A stretch of DNA of 64,000 bases from an uncultured bacterium (GTDB lineage Bacteria; Chlamydiota; Chlamydiia; Chlamydiales; Waddliaceae): positions 47,743 through 111,742 of the forward strand of contig CAZWOB010000001.1 in NCBI GenBank assembly GCA_964635295.1. The letters run 5' to 3'. The notes beneath the pieces were generated by a model that was given only the letters and a program-made list of their open reading frames with translations, did no database searches and was not told the DNA's origin. Below are positions 8,343-17,520 of the stretch, in pieces. The stretch's first letter is position 1; every line of letters starts with the position of its first letter. The position numbers and the translations under genes were made by a program.

Positions 8343-9556
8343 CCACCTCTCCTTGGAAAAAGAATATTCTTTAACTTACCTGTATCTTGTGAGAAATCAG
8401 ATCTGATTTGACCTATCAAAGATTGTTCCCTGGCTTCCATTGCCTGGTCTAAGATGCTATTTACCTGTGAAGCGGGAACCCCTCTATCAAGAAGCTCGTT
8501 TTTCGTTTTTTCCCTGTCTATTGCTAAGTCATTTGCAGCCCTTAAGTTGTTAACTAAACGCCTATTCCCCTCTTCTGTCTGAAGCACGGAAATGTTTCTA
8601 TCTAATATCGTTTCAAATTCTGTTTTAATCCTTGGAAGTGTTTCGAATTGATCACGAATCACATCGAATACGATACCTTGCGCTTCTTGTTCATCAGGTG
8701 TAAAGATCCCTTCTTTGACACGAGCCCGATCACTTGCTTTAAATGGATTCACAACCCTTCCAGCAACAGTAAGAGGTTGTCCTTTAGAAATTTTAGGAAT
8801 GAGCTGTTCAAGCCGGTCAATCTTTGGCTGTAAATTCCTGGCCCTTCTGGCTGTCTTAGTGATTTCACTCAGATCCTTTCTATCCTCTTGCGATACATCC
8901 CTAAGGTTCTTTAGCTTCTCTTCCCGATCCTTTATCCTGGAATCCAATATCTTCAGATTCCGGTCTTTTGCCTTATCGGATAGGCGCGGATTTGCAGATA
9001 TCTGATCAATCTGTGAGTTGAACCCCTCAATATCCTGCTGAAGACGATCTATTGTATTCAAAGTACCCTTAACACGTGGATTCGAGTCTATAAATTGATC
9101 AAGAGGATCCACTTGTTCCTGTTCAGTCTGTAAACGTTGACCAATCCCAGTTTGCTGTATCTGTTCAAGTATTGGCTGACCAATAGATGGGGCAGATTGA
9201 CCAGGCACACTTTGATCCTGAGGCATTGATCCGGCAGTACCTCTCTGTATCCTGTTTAGCTCTTCATTTTCAGCAAGTATCGACCTTTGGTCTGCCAGGC
9301 TTTTGTTGTTAGCTGAAATTAACGGCGCAAACCTCTGGATTGCCTCTAATCCCTCTTCTACAGATGCCCCGCTTCCCTGCAAGCCCGAGAGGAGATTGCT
9401 CAACAAATCGCCTTCTTGATTCATTGCATTGCCAATCACCTGATCAAGGATGTCAGATGACTGCCGGCGTTGAAAACCCTGTTGTATCCCTTGTGACAAA
9501 CTATCGCTTATAGCTTTAAAAGGACGCCTTGGCTCTGGTCTAAACTGAATAGTCAT
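8339..9556 (-). CDS. coiled-coil virion protein, internal-protein-like by position
   Basis: 405 aa, Gln/Arg/Asp-rich helical protein with 4-nt overlaps at both ends. Confidence 0.45.
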   Translation of the reverse strand: MTIQFRPEPRRPFKAISDSLSQGIQQGFQRRQSSDILDQVIGNAMNQEGDLLSNLLSGLQGSGASVEEGLEAIQRFAPLISANNKSLADQRSILAENEELNRIQRGTAGSMPQDQSVPGQSAPSIGQPILEQIQQTGIGQRLQTEQEQVDPLDQFIDSNPRVKGTLNTIDRLQQDIEGFNSQIDQISANPRLSDKAKDRNLKILDSRIKDREEKLKNLRDVSQEDRKDLSEITKTARRARNLQPKIDRLEQLIPKISKGQPLTVAGRVVNPFKASDRARVKEGIFTPDEQEAQGIVFDVIRDQFETLPRIKTEFETILDRNISVLQTEEGNRRLVNNLRAANDLAIDREKTKNELLDRGVPASQVNSILDQAMEAREQSLIGQIRSDFSQDTGKLKNILFPRRGG

Positions 9557-10101
9557 CTGCTTTGTCCCCGTCTACCTTGATTTCCTCCCCTTGAAAAGAA
9601 TCCTGCCGCGCTCTTACCTAATTGATTTCCAAAAGGAGCTGCAAAACCCGAACCAACACCAGAAAATAGTTCACCAAATAAACCTGTAGACCCCGGGTCC
9701 TGTACGTTTTGGAAAGCCTGTGTGCCTAGTCCTAACCCTAATCCCTGCATAGCTCTTCCCTGAGCCTGGTTAATCAATCCTGCAAGCGTTTGGTTAAGCT
9801 GTCCCTGAACATCAGCTCCTGCGCGTGTGAGAGTGTCCTCAGCGCTTGAGCTTCTAGCGCCGCCCGAGGCAATAAACCTCTGTTGAATAGCAGGCGCTGT
9901 CCTGTTATTGAAAGTGTTCATCGCAGGATCTACAAATGACTTTTGAAAAGATTCCTGATCCACCCCAAAAAGACCAGACAGAGGGCCTTGCCCACCTATA
10001 CCCGATATTAATTGCTGTAAGAGTTGCTGCTGCTCTGGTGTAAGTGTGCTGAACTGCTCGTTGGATGGTCCTGAACCAAATAAACTGCTAAAAAATGACA
10101 T
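9553..10101 (-). CDS. Gly/Gln-rich virion protein, internal-protein-like by position
   Basis: 182 aa, low-complexity G/Q/S/F composition, overlaps the next gene. Confidence 0.45.
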   Translation of the reverse strand: MSFFSSLFGSGPSNEQFSTLTPEQQQLLQQLISGIGGQGPLSGLFGVDQESFQKSFVDPAMNTFNNRTAPAIQQRFIASGGARSSSAEDTLTRAGADVQGQLNQTLAGLINQAQGRAMQGLGLGLGTQAFQNVQDPGSTGLFGELFSGVGSGFAAPFGNQLGKSAAGFFSRGGNQGRRGQSR

Positions 10102-10111
10102 CCTTGTCTCC

Positions 10112-10381
10112 TTAATTCAACGCCGTCCAAGAGGCCGTTGTCGAATTGCTTTTAGAATCTAAAATATATAATTTTTTCGTGTTCTGGTTAAGCCAAAAAG
10201 TACCCACAGGATATCTGTAATCCGATGATGCTGGATTTGCACTTTCACGGATAACGATTCGAGGTTTTGTGTTAGCATTTTCAGCTATGTCTCGATACAT
10301 CTCATCTAAAGTTTCGACAACGCGAGGCTCATTCTCCTCCATTTCCCTGCCGAAATTATAGTCTTCAGAAAGGAAACTCAT
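10112..10381 (-). CDS. hypothetical small virion protein
   Basis: 89-aa ORF with a 4-nt overlap with 10378..12585. Confidence 0.4.
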   Translation of the reverse strand: MSFLSEDYNFGREMEENEPRVVETLDEMYRDIAENANTKPRIVIRESANPASSDYRYPVGTFWLNQNTKKLYILDSKSNSTTASWTALN

Positions 10382-12585
10382 CTCACAAGCCTCCCAACCG
10401 GCTCAAACCAGAACTTGAATTCATGAAACGCACCGTTCACTGCTGTATCTTTTTGCCTTATCCTCATGGAATGGAAATTTGCCACCTGGTTCACAGTGAG
10501 CGTTTTCCATACCTTTTGTTGACCTGGTATCTCAGCTGTTGTGTTAAGTGTCACACTCTCTTTCCAGGGGTCTGGATTTTGATCAGTGAAGAAGTCAACT
10601 TCAAACGTTCCTGAATCAGCATTAACAAAGAACTGCACCTTTTTAAGCCTTGCCTTCTTACCTTGCTCTACAAAGGGGTTTAAAGGCTTTGTCTTGGATA
10701 GAAACTCAAAGCCTTTGACCACATACCCACCAGATGAATATGCGCTTGCGCTTGAGCTGTCGAGGTTTATCGTGATCGTATTTCCTGAAACCGCTGTGAC
10801 GGTGAACTCTTTGTCATTGATCACACTCTCGCCGTTTTCCTCAACTCCTGACACGCCGTCAATCAAAACGACATCACCTACCTCAAACAAATCATCTTCA
10901 ACAGTGACAACTGCGCCATTTGCCTGTGTAACTCCAGTGATCTGTGTCAGCTGGTCATTGGCGTCTTCTACAAGATTGTAGACAATGCCGTTTGCATCTC
11001 CAACTAAGGTAATAAACGCATCATCTTGCCAGGACAACTCATCCCAGACATCCTCTGTCGTATCCCATTCAGCCCATGTCGGATCATTGCAGTTGTCCGG
11101 GTCTGTCGGATCGCAGTGAACGTCGTCCCAGGATATTTCTTCAGTGCGCTTGAAGTATCCTACCACGTTGCAAGGGTAGCGGAATATCGACCAGGACTGC
11201 TCTTCAAAATTTCTTACTAAAATCCTAGATGATGTCGTAGGATCATCCAGTGGATCAGGGTACGGCCACCAGAATTGAGAATCCTCAAACGCAAGACCAC
11301 CTGTGATGAGATTGAAGTCGTTTTGCTGGACCCTTTCCTCAGTAAACTTTGGAAGCTTGTCATCGATGCGAGATGCCTGCCTTCCATCTGATGAAACTAT
11401 CCCATGTCTTCCGATGGCTATCGCTTCACCAAACCAATTGACCCCGGAATAAGGAGCTTGAGACCCTCTGAATTGAGAAGCGCCAATCTTACGAACACGG
11501 AAAGGCTCATCAACGTCTGCTGTGATCGAGACCATCCAAATATTTTCTGTCGTCCAGATCGTGATCTCATTGTGCTCTTGTTTGGCCGCCCTTATTACCC
11601 CCTGGTCTGATATATCTAAAAACCCTGAACTTGGTGCGTTGTAGTCATCTCCATTGCCAGAGTTATCTAAGATACCAGACCAAAGAAGACGTCTTGGAAA
11701 AAGAACGCTACCAAGAGTCGGAGAAAGCCATAAAAGCCTCTCGTTAATATAGAACACATGAAGGGCTTTGTTGATATCGCCATCAGCCGGAGCATTATAG
11801 TCAGGGTTGTCTGTAGTGTTGTTATACCCCTTTATCTCCCCTGTATCATCAAAGAACACAGGCTTGTCAATGTTGTTTGTAAGGATCAGCCTTGGAGTTA
11901 CAGGCTTGTTTGACCCATTCCTTCCGAAGTACATCGTCGAAGAGAAGAAATTCGTTTTATCTCCAGTAAACGTCGTTAAGCTCGACGCTGAAGAAAACGG
12001 CAGTCCATCAAAGTAGTTGCGAGACGCGTTGTATTTGTTAACCACGTCCTGATCACAAACGATCAGCTCTCTTTCGCCGTCTTCTTTTATAAAGTTGAAG
12101 ATACCCATGATAGGCTGGGCGCTTTCAGTCTGATAGATTACAGTGATCGGGTCTGTTGTTGCCGCATTGAATTCCGCTTGAATCTGACCAGTATCGTAAT
12201 CAACTGAATTAGTTCCACCCAAGTTGACATCACCTGAGAAATTCCCGTTATGGTCGATTGTAATTTGCAACGGACCGCCGGATGCATCAGTCAATGTGAT
12301 CGTTCGCCTGGACAATGGGGTATTTGCCATCGTCTCATTGAAAGTTGTGCTGGTGCTGATATTGAAGTTCTCTGACCTTGACCTCTGTGTCTTTGAGTCG
12401 TCATAGCGTGTGTTAACCCTTACACCGCCTGTGGCAAACCTTCTAAACCCCCTCCTTGGACGAAGTACACCCCTATATACGAATGCGTCGAAAAGCTCTG
12501 TAAACGCGTCCTCTGGCGTTAGCCATGGCTGAAGCTCTTCATCTAAACCCGTTCGGAAGTTAGAGATGGAAAAAGGCTGTGCCAC
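10378..12585 (-). CDS. large tail protein (nozzle / tubular-B-like by size and position) with an inserted beta-domain
   Basis: 735 aa. Follows two ORFs of about 215 aa after the capsid module. Contains ITGVTQANGAVVTVEDDLFEVGDVVLIDGVSGVEENG...AYSSGGYV, a domain shared with 14505..15215. Confidence 0.5.
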   Translation of the reverse strand: MAQPFSISNFRTGLDEELQPWLTPEDAFTELFDAFVYRGVLRPRRGFRRFATGGVRVNTRYDDSKTQRSRSENFNISTSTTFNETMANTPLSRRTITLTDASGGPLQITIDHNGNFSGDVNLGGTNSVDYDTGQIQAEFNAATTDPITVIYQTESAQPIMGIFNFIKEDGERELIVCDQDVVNKYNASRNYFDGLPFSSASSLTTFTGDKTNFFSSTMYFGRNGSNKPVTPRLILTNNIDKPVFFDDTGEIKGYNNTTDNPDYNAPADGDINKALHVFYINERLLWLSPTLGSVLFPRRLLWSGILDNSGNGDDYNAPSSGFLDISDQGVIRAAKQEHNEITIWTTENIWMVSITADVDEPFRVRKIGASQFRGSQAPYSGVNWFGEAIAIGRHGIVSSDGRQASRIDDKLPKFTEERVQQNDFNLITGGLAFEDSQFWWPYPDPLDDPTTSSRILVRNFEEQSWSIFRYPCNVVGYFKRTEEISWDDVHCDPTDPDNCNDPTWAEWDTTEDVWDELSWQDDAFITLVGDANGIVYNLVEDANDQLTQITGVTQANGAVVTVEDDLFEVGDVVLIDGVSGVEENGESVINDKEFTVTAVSGNTITINLDSSSASAYSSGGYVVKGFEFLSKTKPLNPFVEQGKKARLKKVQFFVNADSGTFEVDFFTDQNPDPWKESVTLNTTAEIPGQQKVWKTLTVNQVANFHSMRIRQKDTAVNGAFHEFKFWFEPVGRLVR

Positions 12586-13245
12586 CTACCCTCCTATCAC
12601 ACTAATCATGCCAACAAGGGGATCTCTTAGTCCACCTGCATCTGTTGACGCAAAAGAGACTTTCACTAGGGACTTAGTCATTGAACTCGATTTAGAAGCT
12701 GCCCCTTGTACTGAAGTAGCAAGGATCGCGTCTGTTGAACCTCTCATATTGCTTCCCTGAACGATGTAGTTTTCTGTAGGCAAATCAGTCGAAAAGTTAA
12801 TTGTATACTGGCCTTGTGCTGTGCGGGTCACAGAAGAAACATTATGTGAGTATTTGATCGTACAACTGCCATTAGTAGATCTACCATCGAACTGCACCAT
12901 AGCCCTACAACCAAGCTGCATAATTTGATCGTTGGTACCGTCATTCATTTTGGCAAAAGGCTCTACAGTCTGTAAGTCAGGCGCTTCTGTCGAAGTCTTT
13001 TCCCTTGAGTAGTAGACCAAGTCCATATCGGTGGCAATTGCAGGATCTGCAGGGTTACCTCCAGACTCGTACTTCGGCATCTGGTTGAACTGATGATGAC
13101 CATCCAAGTTTGAATTTCCTTCAGGTGACCAAAAGTGATCATTTTTCATAGTGTCTTCTATATATTTAAAAGACCCATTGATCCTGGGTTTATTATCTTT
13201 TACAGATTTATCACCATCAACAGTGCCATTACCAAGCCATGTCAT
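12586..13245 (-). CDS. virion/tail protein
   Basis: 219-aa ORF immediately upstream of, and abutting, the 735-aa gene. Confidence 0.45.
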   Translation of the reverse strand: MTWLGNGTVDGDKSVKDNKPRINGSFKYIEDTMKNDHFWSPEGNSNLDGHHQFNQMPKYESGGNPADPAIATDMDLVYYSREKTSTEAPDLQTVEPFAKMNDGTNDQIMQLGCRAMVQFDGRSTNGSCTIKYSHNVSSVTRTAQGQYTINFSTDLPTENYIVQGSNMRGSTDAILATSVQGAASKSSSMTKSLVKVSFASTDAGGLRDPLVGMISVIGG

Positions 13246-13259
13246 CTCTTTACTCTCTC

Positions 13260-13898
13260 CTATAGGGCCGGCAGCGGCCTTTGAGTTAATTGTTGAACAG
13301 CAGTCCTTGTCAGTACCAGGGAGCGGTAACGCTGGTAGACAGGAAATACTTTCTCGTAGGTTTCAAAATCTGAAAAGTCAGCCAGATAATCCAGGGCAGC
13401 TCCATACGCTATGTACCTCAGCCAATAACTTTGTTGTAGTTCAGATGAACCATCGTTCACTTCAGGAAGGTCTTTGTAGCCTTTAAGTTTGATCTCATAC
13501 ACCTGATCAGGTACTGGGCGTAAAAGAATCTCGTTATTGTAGAAAAGCATATCCGTCGGACGGCCTGTTGTGCTCGTTGTATCCACCGTGTCTGGCCATA
13601 TGTCGTAAAACCTGTCTGGGCTTTCCCAGTAGCGCATGTCGTTGCCATCCGCCCTTGCTCTTGGAAAAATATTTGTGAATCCCTGGTCTTTGAATGCATA
13701 TGTATCCTGGTTAGCTACCGTATTGAAGGTGAACCAGGAATACAGGTCCACGCTCTTTATATCCTGGCCCATAATTAACGAAACAAAATCGCTTAAATAG
13801 GTGAGCAAAAGATCGCCTGTAGCGTCAGGATCGTCGCCATCGTTTTGGCCGATCACACGTCTCATAATATCTCTTGCATCACCGTAGGTCTTAGACAT
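13260..13898 (-). CDS. head-tail adaptor-like protein
   Basis: 212 aa. Judged by position and by the pattern TGRPTDMLFYNNEILLRPVPDQVYEIKLKGY, typical of connector/adaptor families. Confidence 0.45.
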   Translation of the reverse strand: MSKTYGDARDIMRRVIGQNDGDDPDATGDLLLTYLSDFVSLIMGQDIKSVDLYSWFTFNTVANQDTYAFKDQGFTNIFPRARADGNDMRYWESPDRFYDIWPDTVDTTSTTGRPTDMLFYNNEILLRPVPDQVYEIKLKGYKDLPEVNDGSSELQQSYWLRYIAYGAALDYLADFSDFETYEKVFPVYQRYRSLVLTRTAVQQLTQRPLPAL

Positions 13899-14386
13899 TA
13901 CCCCTCATAGTGCGGTTGGCATGAAAATCTGGGATCTGAATGGCTGTACACAGTATCTGATGTGCCGTCAGAGTGTTTTACCTGTTTGTAACGATCCACC
14001 TGCCTGCTGTTGATGTACTCGATCACAGGGATTGGAAGGTCTAAAACTTCCCCGTCTGCAATCTCTGCTTTGTAATCAAGCAAGTGCTTGCCTGACCTGA
14101 ACCTGATCTTTGCAGGTGATCCTTTCTGATTATCCACACGACGAAACTTCACCCTTTGCATCGGGTACATATCGTGAGGGATGAATCTTATTGGACGTCT
14201 TTGCTTTCTAGCCTCTACGGCATAGTTTTGATAATCCTCAATTGTCTCAAGTGGAAGCTCTGAAAGGTCGACGACATCTTTTACCTCAACGTTGACAATC
14301 TGCTGGTTTTTTTGTGGCAAACTTCGGACCTGGGTTTGATCGTCCAAGACCTGAGTTTGATCTTTCTTTTGTCTGCCTCGTGGCAT
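13898..14386 (-). CDS. hypothetical structural-module protein
   Basis: 162 aa, basic N-terminus, preceded by the ACCCCTCAT repeat region. Confidence 0.45.
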   Translation of the reverse strand: MPRGRQKKDQTQVLDDQTQVRSLPQKNQQIVNVEVKDVVDLSELPLETIEDYQNYAVEARKQRRPIRFIPHDMYPMQRVKFRRVDNQKGSPAKIRFRSGKHLLDYKAEIADGEVLDLPIPVIEYINSRQVDRYKQVKHSDGTSDTVYSHSDPRFSCQPHYEG

Positions 14387-14410
14387 ATAGCCTCCATGCT
14401 ATTAATTTAT

Positions 14411-14472
14411 ATGAGGGGTTTCCTATCTAATATGAGGGGTAACCCGTCATATAAAATTGTTAAATGAGGGGT
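14411..14472 (-). repeat. three direct copies of ACCCCTCAT(W)T(W)A on the minus strand
   Basis: Plus-strand ATGAGGGGT occurs at 14411-14419, 14432-14440 and 14464-14472, in the 118-bp gap between 14505..15215 and 13898..14386. Confidence 0.7.
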
Positions 14473-14493
14473 TGGCCTCCTTGCCTTCCCCTC
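14451..14493 (-). terminator. putative intrinsic terminator after the capsid/decoration genes
   Basis: Minus strand GAGGGG-aa-GGC-aaggag-GCC-aa-CCCCTC (plus 14466-14493), followed by ATTTAACAATTTTAT. The T-tract is weak. Confidence 0.4.
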
Positions 14494-14504
14494 TAGAAAT
14501 TTAT

Positions 14505-15215
14505 CTAGGCGTCGATATCACCCAAATCTTCATATTTGTTGTATCCAAAGACCTCGAAATAGATCTCATCGCCGTCGGCACCTACAACACCTGTACCAAG
14601 AGTTAGTCGATAGACTGGTGGATCGTAAAGAACCTTGTCATCGCCTGTCTTGTTCAGGTTGTTGAACTGACCACCTGAGCTGTAAGCTGTGAAACCGCTA
14701 CTATCGATCGCATTACCGTTGAGGTCATACAAAGCAAGAGTAGTAGAGCTTAGAGCTTCGGCAAGGTACGGGTTGCGAGAGACATCATTGAGCTCTGTCA
14801 TCCCCAATACCTTTGTGATCCTGGATCTCACTCTTTCTCCCACAGTGATACCGTGAGCCGCAGTCGTGATCACACAGGGACTAGCCTGAGTGGCACCCGA
14901 GATTGCCAAATGAGTATCTGTTACGCCACCATCTGTGTTGTTGGTGGTAAAACCATTTGAGGTCAACAGATCCAAACTCTGACGGTCAGATCCGCCATCG
15001 TTTTCAATCACAACCTTTACAAGGGCATCAGCCGCAGGAAAGTCCTTAAACCAGATGCACTCAGCGTTTGTTCCGTCAGTACCGTACTTCGTGTAGTTGT
15101 ACAGCTTGATGCAATGGGGCTCGAAAGGAACCACCAAATCGTATGCGCCTCCATCAGACTCAAAGTGTCCGGCATAGGAGCGCATGTAGTTTTCATTAAA
15201 GTTAGAAGCGGTCAT
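14505..15215 (-). CDS. capsid-associated (decoration/head-fibre-like) protein
   Basis: 236 aa, directly after the major capsid gene. Carries the domain ATQASPCVITTAAHGITVGERV...LGMTELN...AYSSGGQF, paralogous to a segment of 10378..12585. Confidence 0.5.
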   Translation of the reverse strand: MTASNFNENYMRSYAGHFESDGGAYDLVVPFEPHCIKLYNYTKYGTDGTNAECIWFKDFPAADALVKVVIENDGGSDRQSLDLLTSNGFTTNNTDGGVTDTHLAISGATQASPCVITTAAHGITVGERVRSRITKVLGMTELNDVSRNPYLAEALSSTTLALYDLNGNAIDSSGFTAYSSGGQFNNLNKTGDDKVLYDPPVYRLTLGTGVVGADGDEIYFEVFGYNKYEDLGDIDA

Positions 15216-15226
15216 CTATACCTCCC

Positions 15227-16165
15227 TTAAGTTGATGCAATTGCACGTAGGTTAGCCATCTTGCCATCGTCGATGATACCGACCCCATAAAGAGCCTTCC
15301 AACCCATCGTCTGTCTTTGGTCAAGATAATCCTCGCCAAATCCTAAAGGCTTGATGATCATCTCTGTGGCTACATCATCGATGTCAGCCATGGCATAAGC
15401 ATTCTGTCCAAACACGAAGTTTGAGTAGATGTTCGTAGAAGACTTGAAAGCTTCAGTGGTGTACACCCATCGCATGTAGTTGGTCGAACCAAGCTCATTC
15501 TGCAGAGCTTCTCTTGGAGTTGAGTACTGAGACTTGCGGACAAAAGACGATAAAGCCTCTAAGTCTTTTCTCAAATCAGAGTGAATGATCGCCCAGTAAG
15601 AAGCATCGATCGGACTTGTCTGAATCCCTGTGGAAGCATCAAGAGATGGTGTCATCCTCAATGCGTTGTTTCCAAATAAGTGATCCAACACCTCGTCGAT
15701 ATCAAGCTCTGTCAATTCAGTCACACCGCTGATTGGTGTGGCATTACCGTTCATGCAGTCGAACTGCGTTGCTGTGGATTGCAGTGTATTTCTTGTGACC
15801 TTGTCCAGCATGGCGAACATATTCTGAGAAAGCATATCTGCAATTTCCTCAGCGGTCTCATCCTGAACTTCGATATTCACTCTATCGGAAATCGCAACCG
15901 CTTTACCAAATTGCTGCAATCCAATTTCAATGTCGTTTTTGGTGACATCATCTAAAGCCGGAGTGACTCCTTCGGTCAAACTGGCTGGTGTGTCATCTAA
16001 ATTGTCGTATTTTCTCGCTACCAGCGTAGAGCTGTTTTTCATTGGAATCTTGCGAACCTGACCAAATAGCAAGTGTGAAAACCACTGCCTGTCACGGTCA
16101 ATTAGCACACCATCCCAATACTTATCAACCTCTGGATTGATATCAGCTGTTGTTGAAACGCCCAT
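15227..16165 (-). CDS. major capsid protein (HK97-fold type expected)
   Basis: 312 aa. Lies after the scaffold-like gene and before the decoration-like gene, with capsid-like composition. Strong RBS GGAGG. Confidence 0.7.
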   Translation of the reverse strand: MGVSTTADINPEVDKYWDGVLIDRDRQWFSHLLFGQVRKIPMKNSSTLVARKYDNLDDTPASLTEGVTPALDDVTKNDIEIGLQQFGKAVAISDRVNIEVQDETAEEIADMLSQNMFAMLDKVTRNTLQSTATQFDCMNGNATPISGVTELTELDIDEVLDHLFGNNALRMTPSLDASTGIQTSPIDASYWAIIHSDLRKDLEALSSFVRKSQYSTPREALQNELGSTNYMRWVYTTEAFKSSTNIYSNFVFGQNAYAMADIDDVATEMIIKPLGFGEDYLDQRQTMGWKALYGVGIIDDGKMANLRAIAST

Positions 16166-16177
16166 ATAACCTCCCTG

Positions 16178-16807
16178 TTATAGAATGTTAGGCTGTCTCC
16201 CCCTGAGCTGTGCGCGATAGTGCGAGAATTCACGACGATTTTTCTTCATCCGATCGAGCATCTCAGACTTTCCAATCCCTCCGGCCTTTCCGGTAGAAGC
16301 CGGAGAGCCAGGTTTTTTGCTGGAATCCTCGATCTTTTTCTTCACACTTTCGCTTGCAGCCTTAGGAGAATACTTCTCAATTAAATCCATCGCCGCCTCA
16401 TACCTGTTCTCCGCATACTGGATCGAATAGGCTAGGTGCGGCTTCTGCTGAAGGATCGGCGCAAGCTTAGTTTCAATAGCGTGGGCAGCTTCCGGATGAC
16501 TGGCTAAGAACTGTTGCTCAGACTTATTCTGAAGCTCCTGTCTTAACTCCTGACGAATCTCCTGCTTAATCTGCTTGGTGTATTCGTCTTCATCCTGCTC
16601 AGGCTCTTGTTTTGCCTGAGAAGCCCTAGCTATCTGTTCCTGGTACCACTTAGCCTGGTACTCAGCTTCTTGACGCTTTTTCCTTTCAGCTTCCAAAGCC
16701 TCAAGAGGAACTTGTTTCTTCTCCTCTTTCGGCTCTGTTTGCGACTCCTCTTTTGGAGCCTCTTGTGTAGTTTCGGCTTCGGCGGCAGCCTCAGGTGTGT
16801 CTGACAT
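16178..16807 (-). CDS. scaffolding protein
   Basis: 209 aa, highly charged Glu/Lys/Gln helical protein immediately upstream of the capsid gene. Confidence 0.6.
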   Translation of the reverse strand: MSDTPEAAAEAETTQEAPKEESQTEPKEEKKQVPLEALEAERKKRQEAEYQAKWYQEQIARASQAKQEPEQDEDEYTKQIKQEIRQELRQELQNKSEQQFLASHPEAAHAIETKLAPILQQKPHLAYSIQYAENRYEAAMDLIEKYSPKAASESVKKKIEDSSKKPGSPASTGKAGGIGKSEMLDRMKKNRREFSHYRAQLRGRQPNIL

Positions 16808-16823
16808 TTAAACCTCCATGTTT

Positions 16824-16931
16824 AACGCCCAAAAATTACGCCCTTCAAAGTCGGCGACACTTGTGAAAACGCCCGTTCACCATTTCCGTGGAGTCACGAA
16901 AAAGGTCCGGTCGGCGACACCATAAACGCCC
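16824..16931 (-). repeat. intergenic direct repeats (GTCGGCGACAC x2, AACGCCC-type x4)
   Basis: GTCGGCGACAC at 16850-16860 and 16910-16920. AACGCCC at 16824, 16868 and 16925, and TACGCCC at 16838. Lies upstream of the scaffold/capsid genes. Confidence 0.7.
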
Positions 16932-17324
16932 TTAAGATGGCGGCTCTTTCACCCGTAAGATGTCTTTACAAGACTCAGCAAAAGTCTTGTTGAAGATCAC
17001 CTTCTTATCGGGAGTAACCCTCCAGAGCCAAGTGATCAGCCCTCTTGAGTTGTCTACCCAGAAAACCATCGTCCGAGTGATAAACGGTGGCTTCATCTCG
17101 AAATACTCAAGTGTTGCAGAAATCTTGTTGGGGTCAGCCCCAACCATGTGGGTACCCTGGTTGTTTGCCTTCATTAAGATGAAGTAAGGGTGGTCAATAT
17201 GCTGATGATCGTCTAAGAAACGATCTACCTGCTTATTAACCCTTGCTTTAAGCACACCCTTATCACTTAATTTTTTCTCGGCATACTTCGAGGGAAGTAT
17301 TAACCCACTACATTCCGCGACCAC
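16932..17324 (-). CDS. hypothetical head-module protein
   Basis: 130-aa ORF between the portal and the scaffold. Overlaps 17308..17520 by 17 nt. Confidence 0.45.
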   Translation of the reverse strand: MVAECSGLILPSKYAEKKLSDKGVLKARVNKQVDRFLDDHQHIDHPYFILMKANNQGTHMVGADPNKISATLEYFEMKPPFITRTMVFWVDNSRGLITWLWRVTPDKKVIFNKTFAESCKDILRVKEPPS

Positions 17325-17520
17325 GTTGATTTTCCGCCTTTGCTTCCTGTTTCATCATTTCTCTAACCTTCATGGAACCTTGACCCTGAAGCTTAGATCT
17401 GTTGTTCAACTGAGAACCTTTCATAGGCACTGGCGCCGGGCTGTTTGGCGAATTAACGCTGTACATACCGCGACCTTTACCCTGAGGAACTGCTGAACCG
17501 TAGCCTTTATTAGCTCCCAT
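17308..17520 (-). CDS. small basic Gly-rich protein
   Basis: 70 aa, disordered basic composition. Its start abuts the portal stop. Confidence 0.4.
   Translation of the reverse strand: MGANKGYGSAVPQGKGRGMYSVNSPNSPAPVPMKGSQLNNRSKLQGQGSMKVREMMKQEAKAENQRGRGM

Noticed and set aside
13898-13912. A fourth, inverted copy of the CCCCTCAT box at the 13898 gene junction
   Set aside because: It is explained by coding sequence (..E-G-stop overlapping the next ATG). A single 9-mer match is expected by chance in 64 kb on two strands.
14411-14472. CRISPR-like array of ATGAGGGGT repeats
   Set aside because: Only three 9-bp copies with 12-23 bp between them. This is far too short and irregular for CRISPR repeats and spacers, and there are no cas genes in the window.
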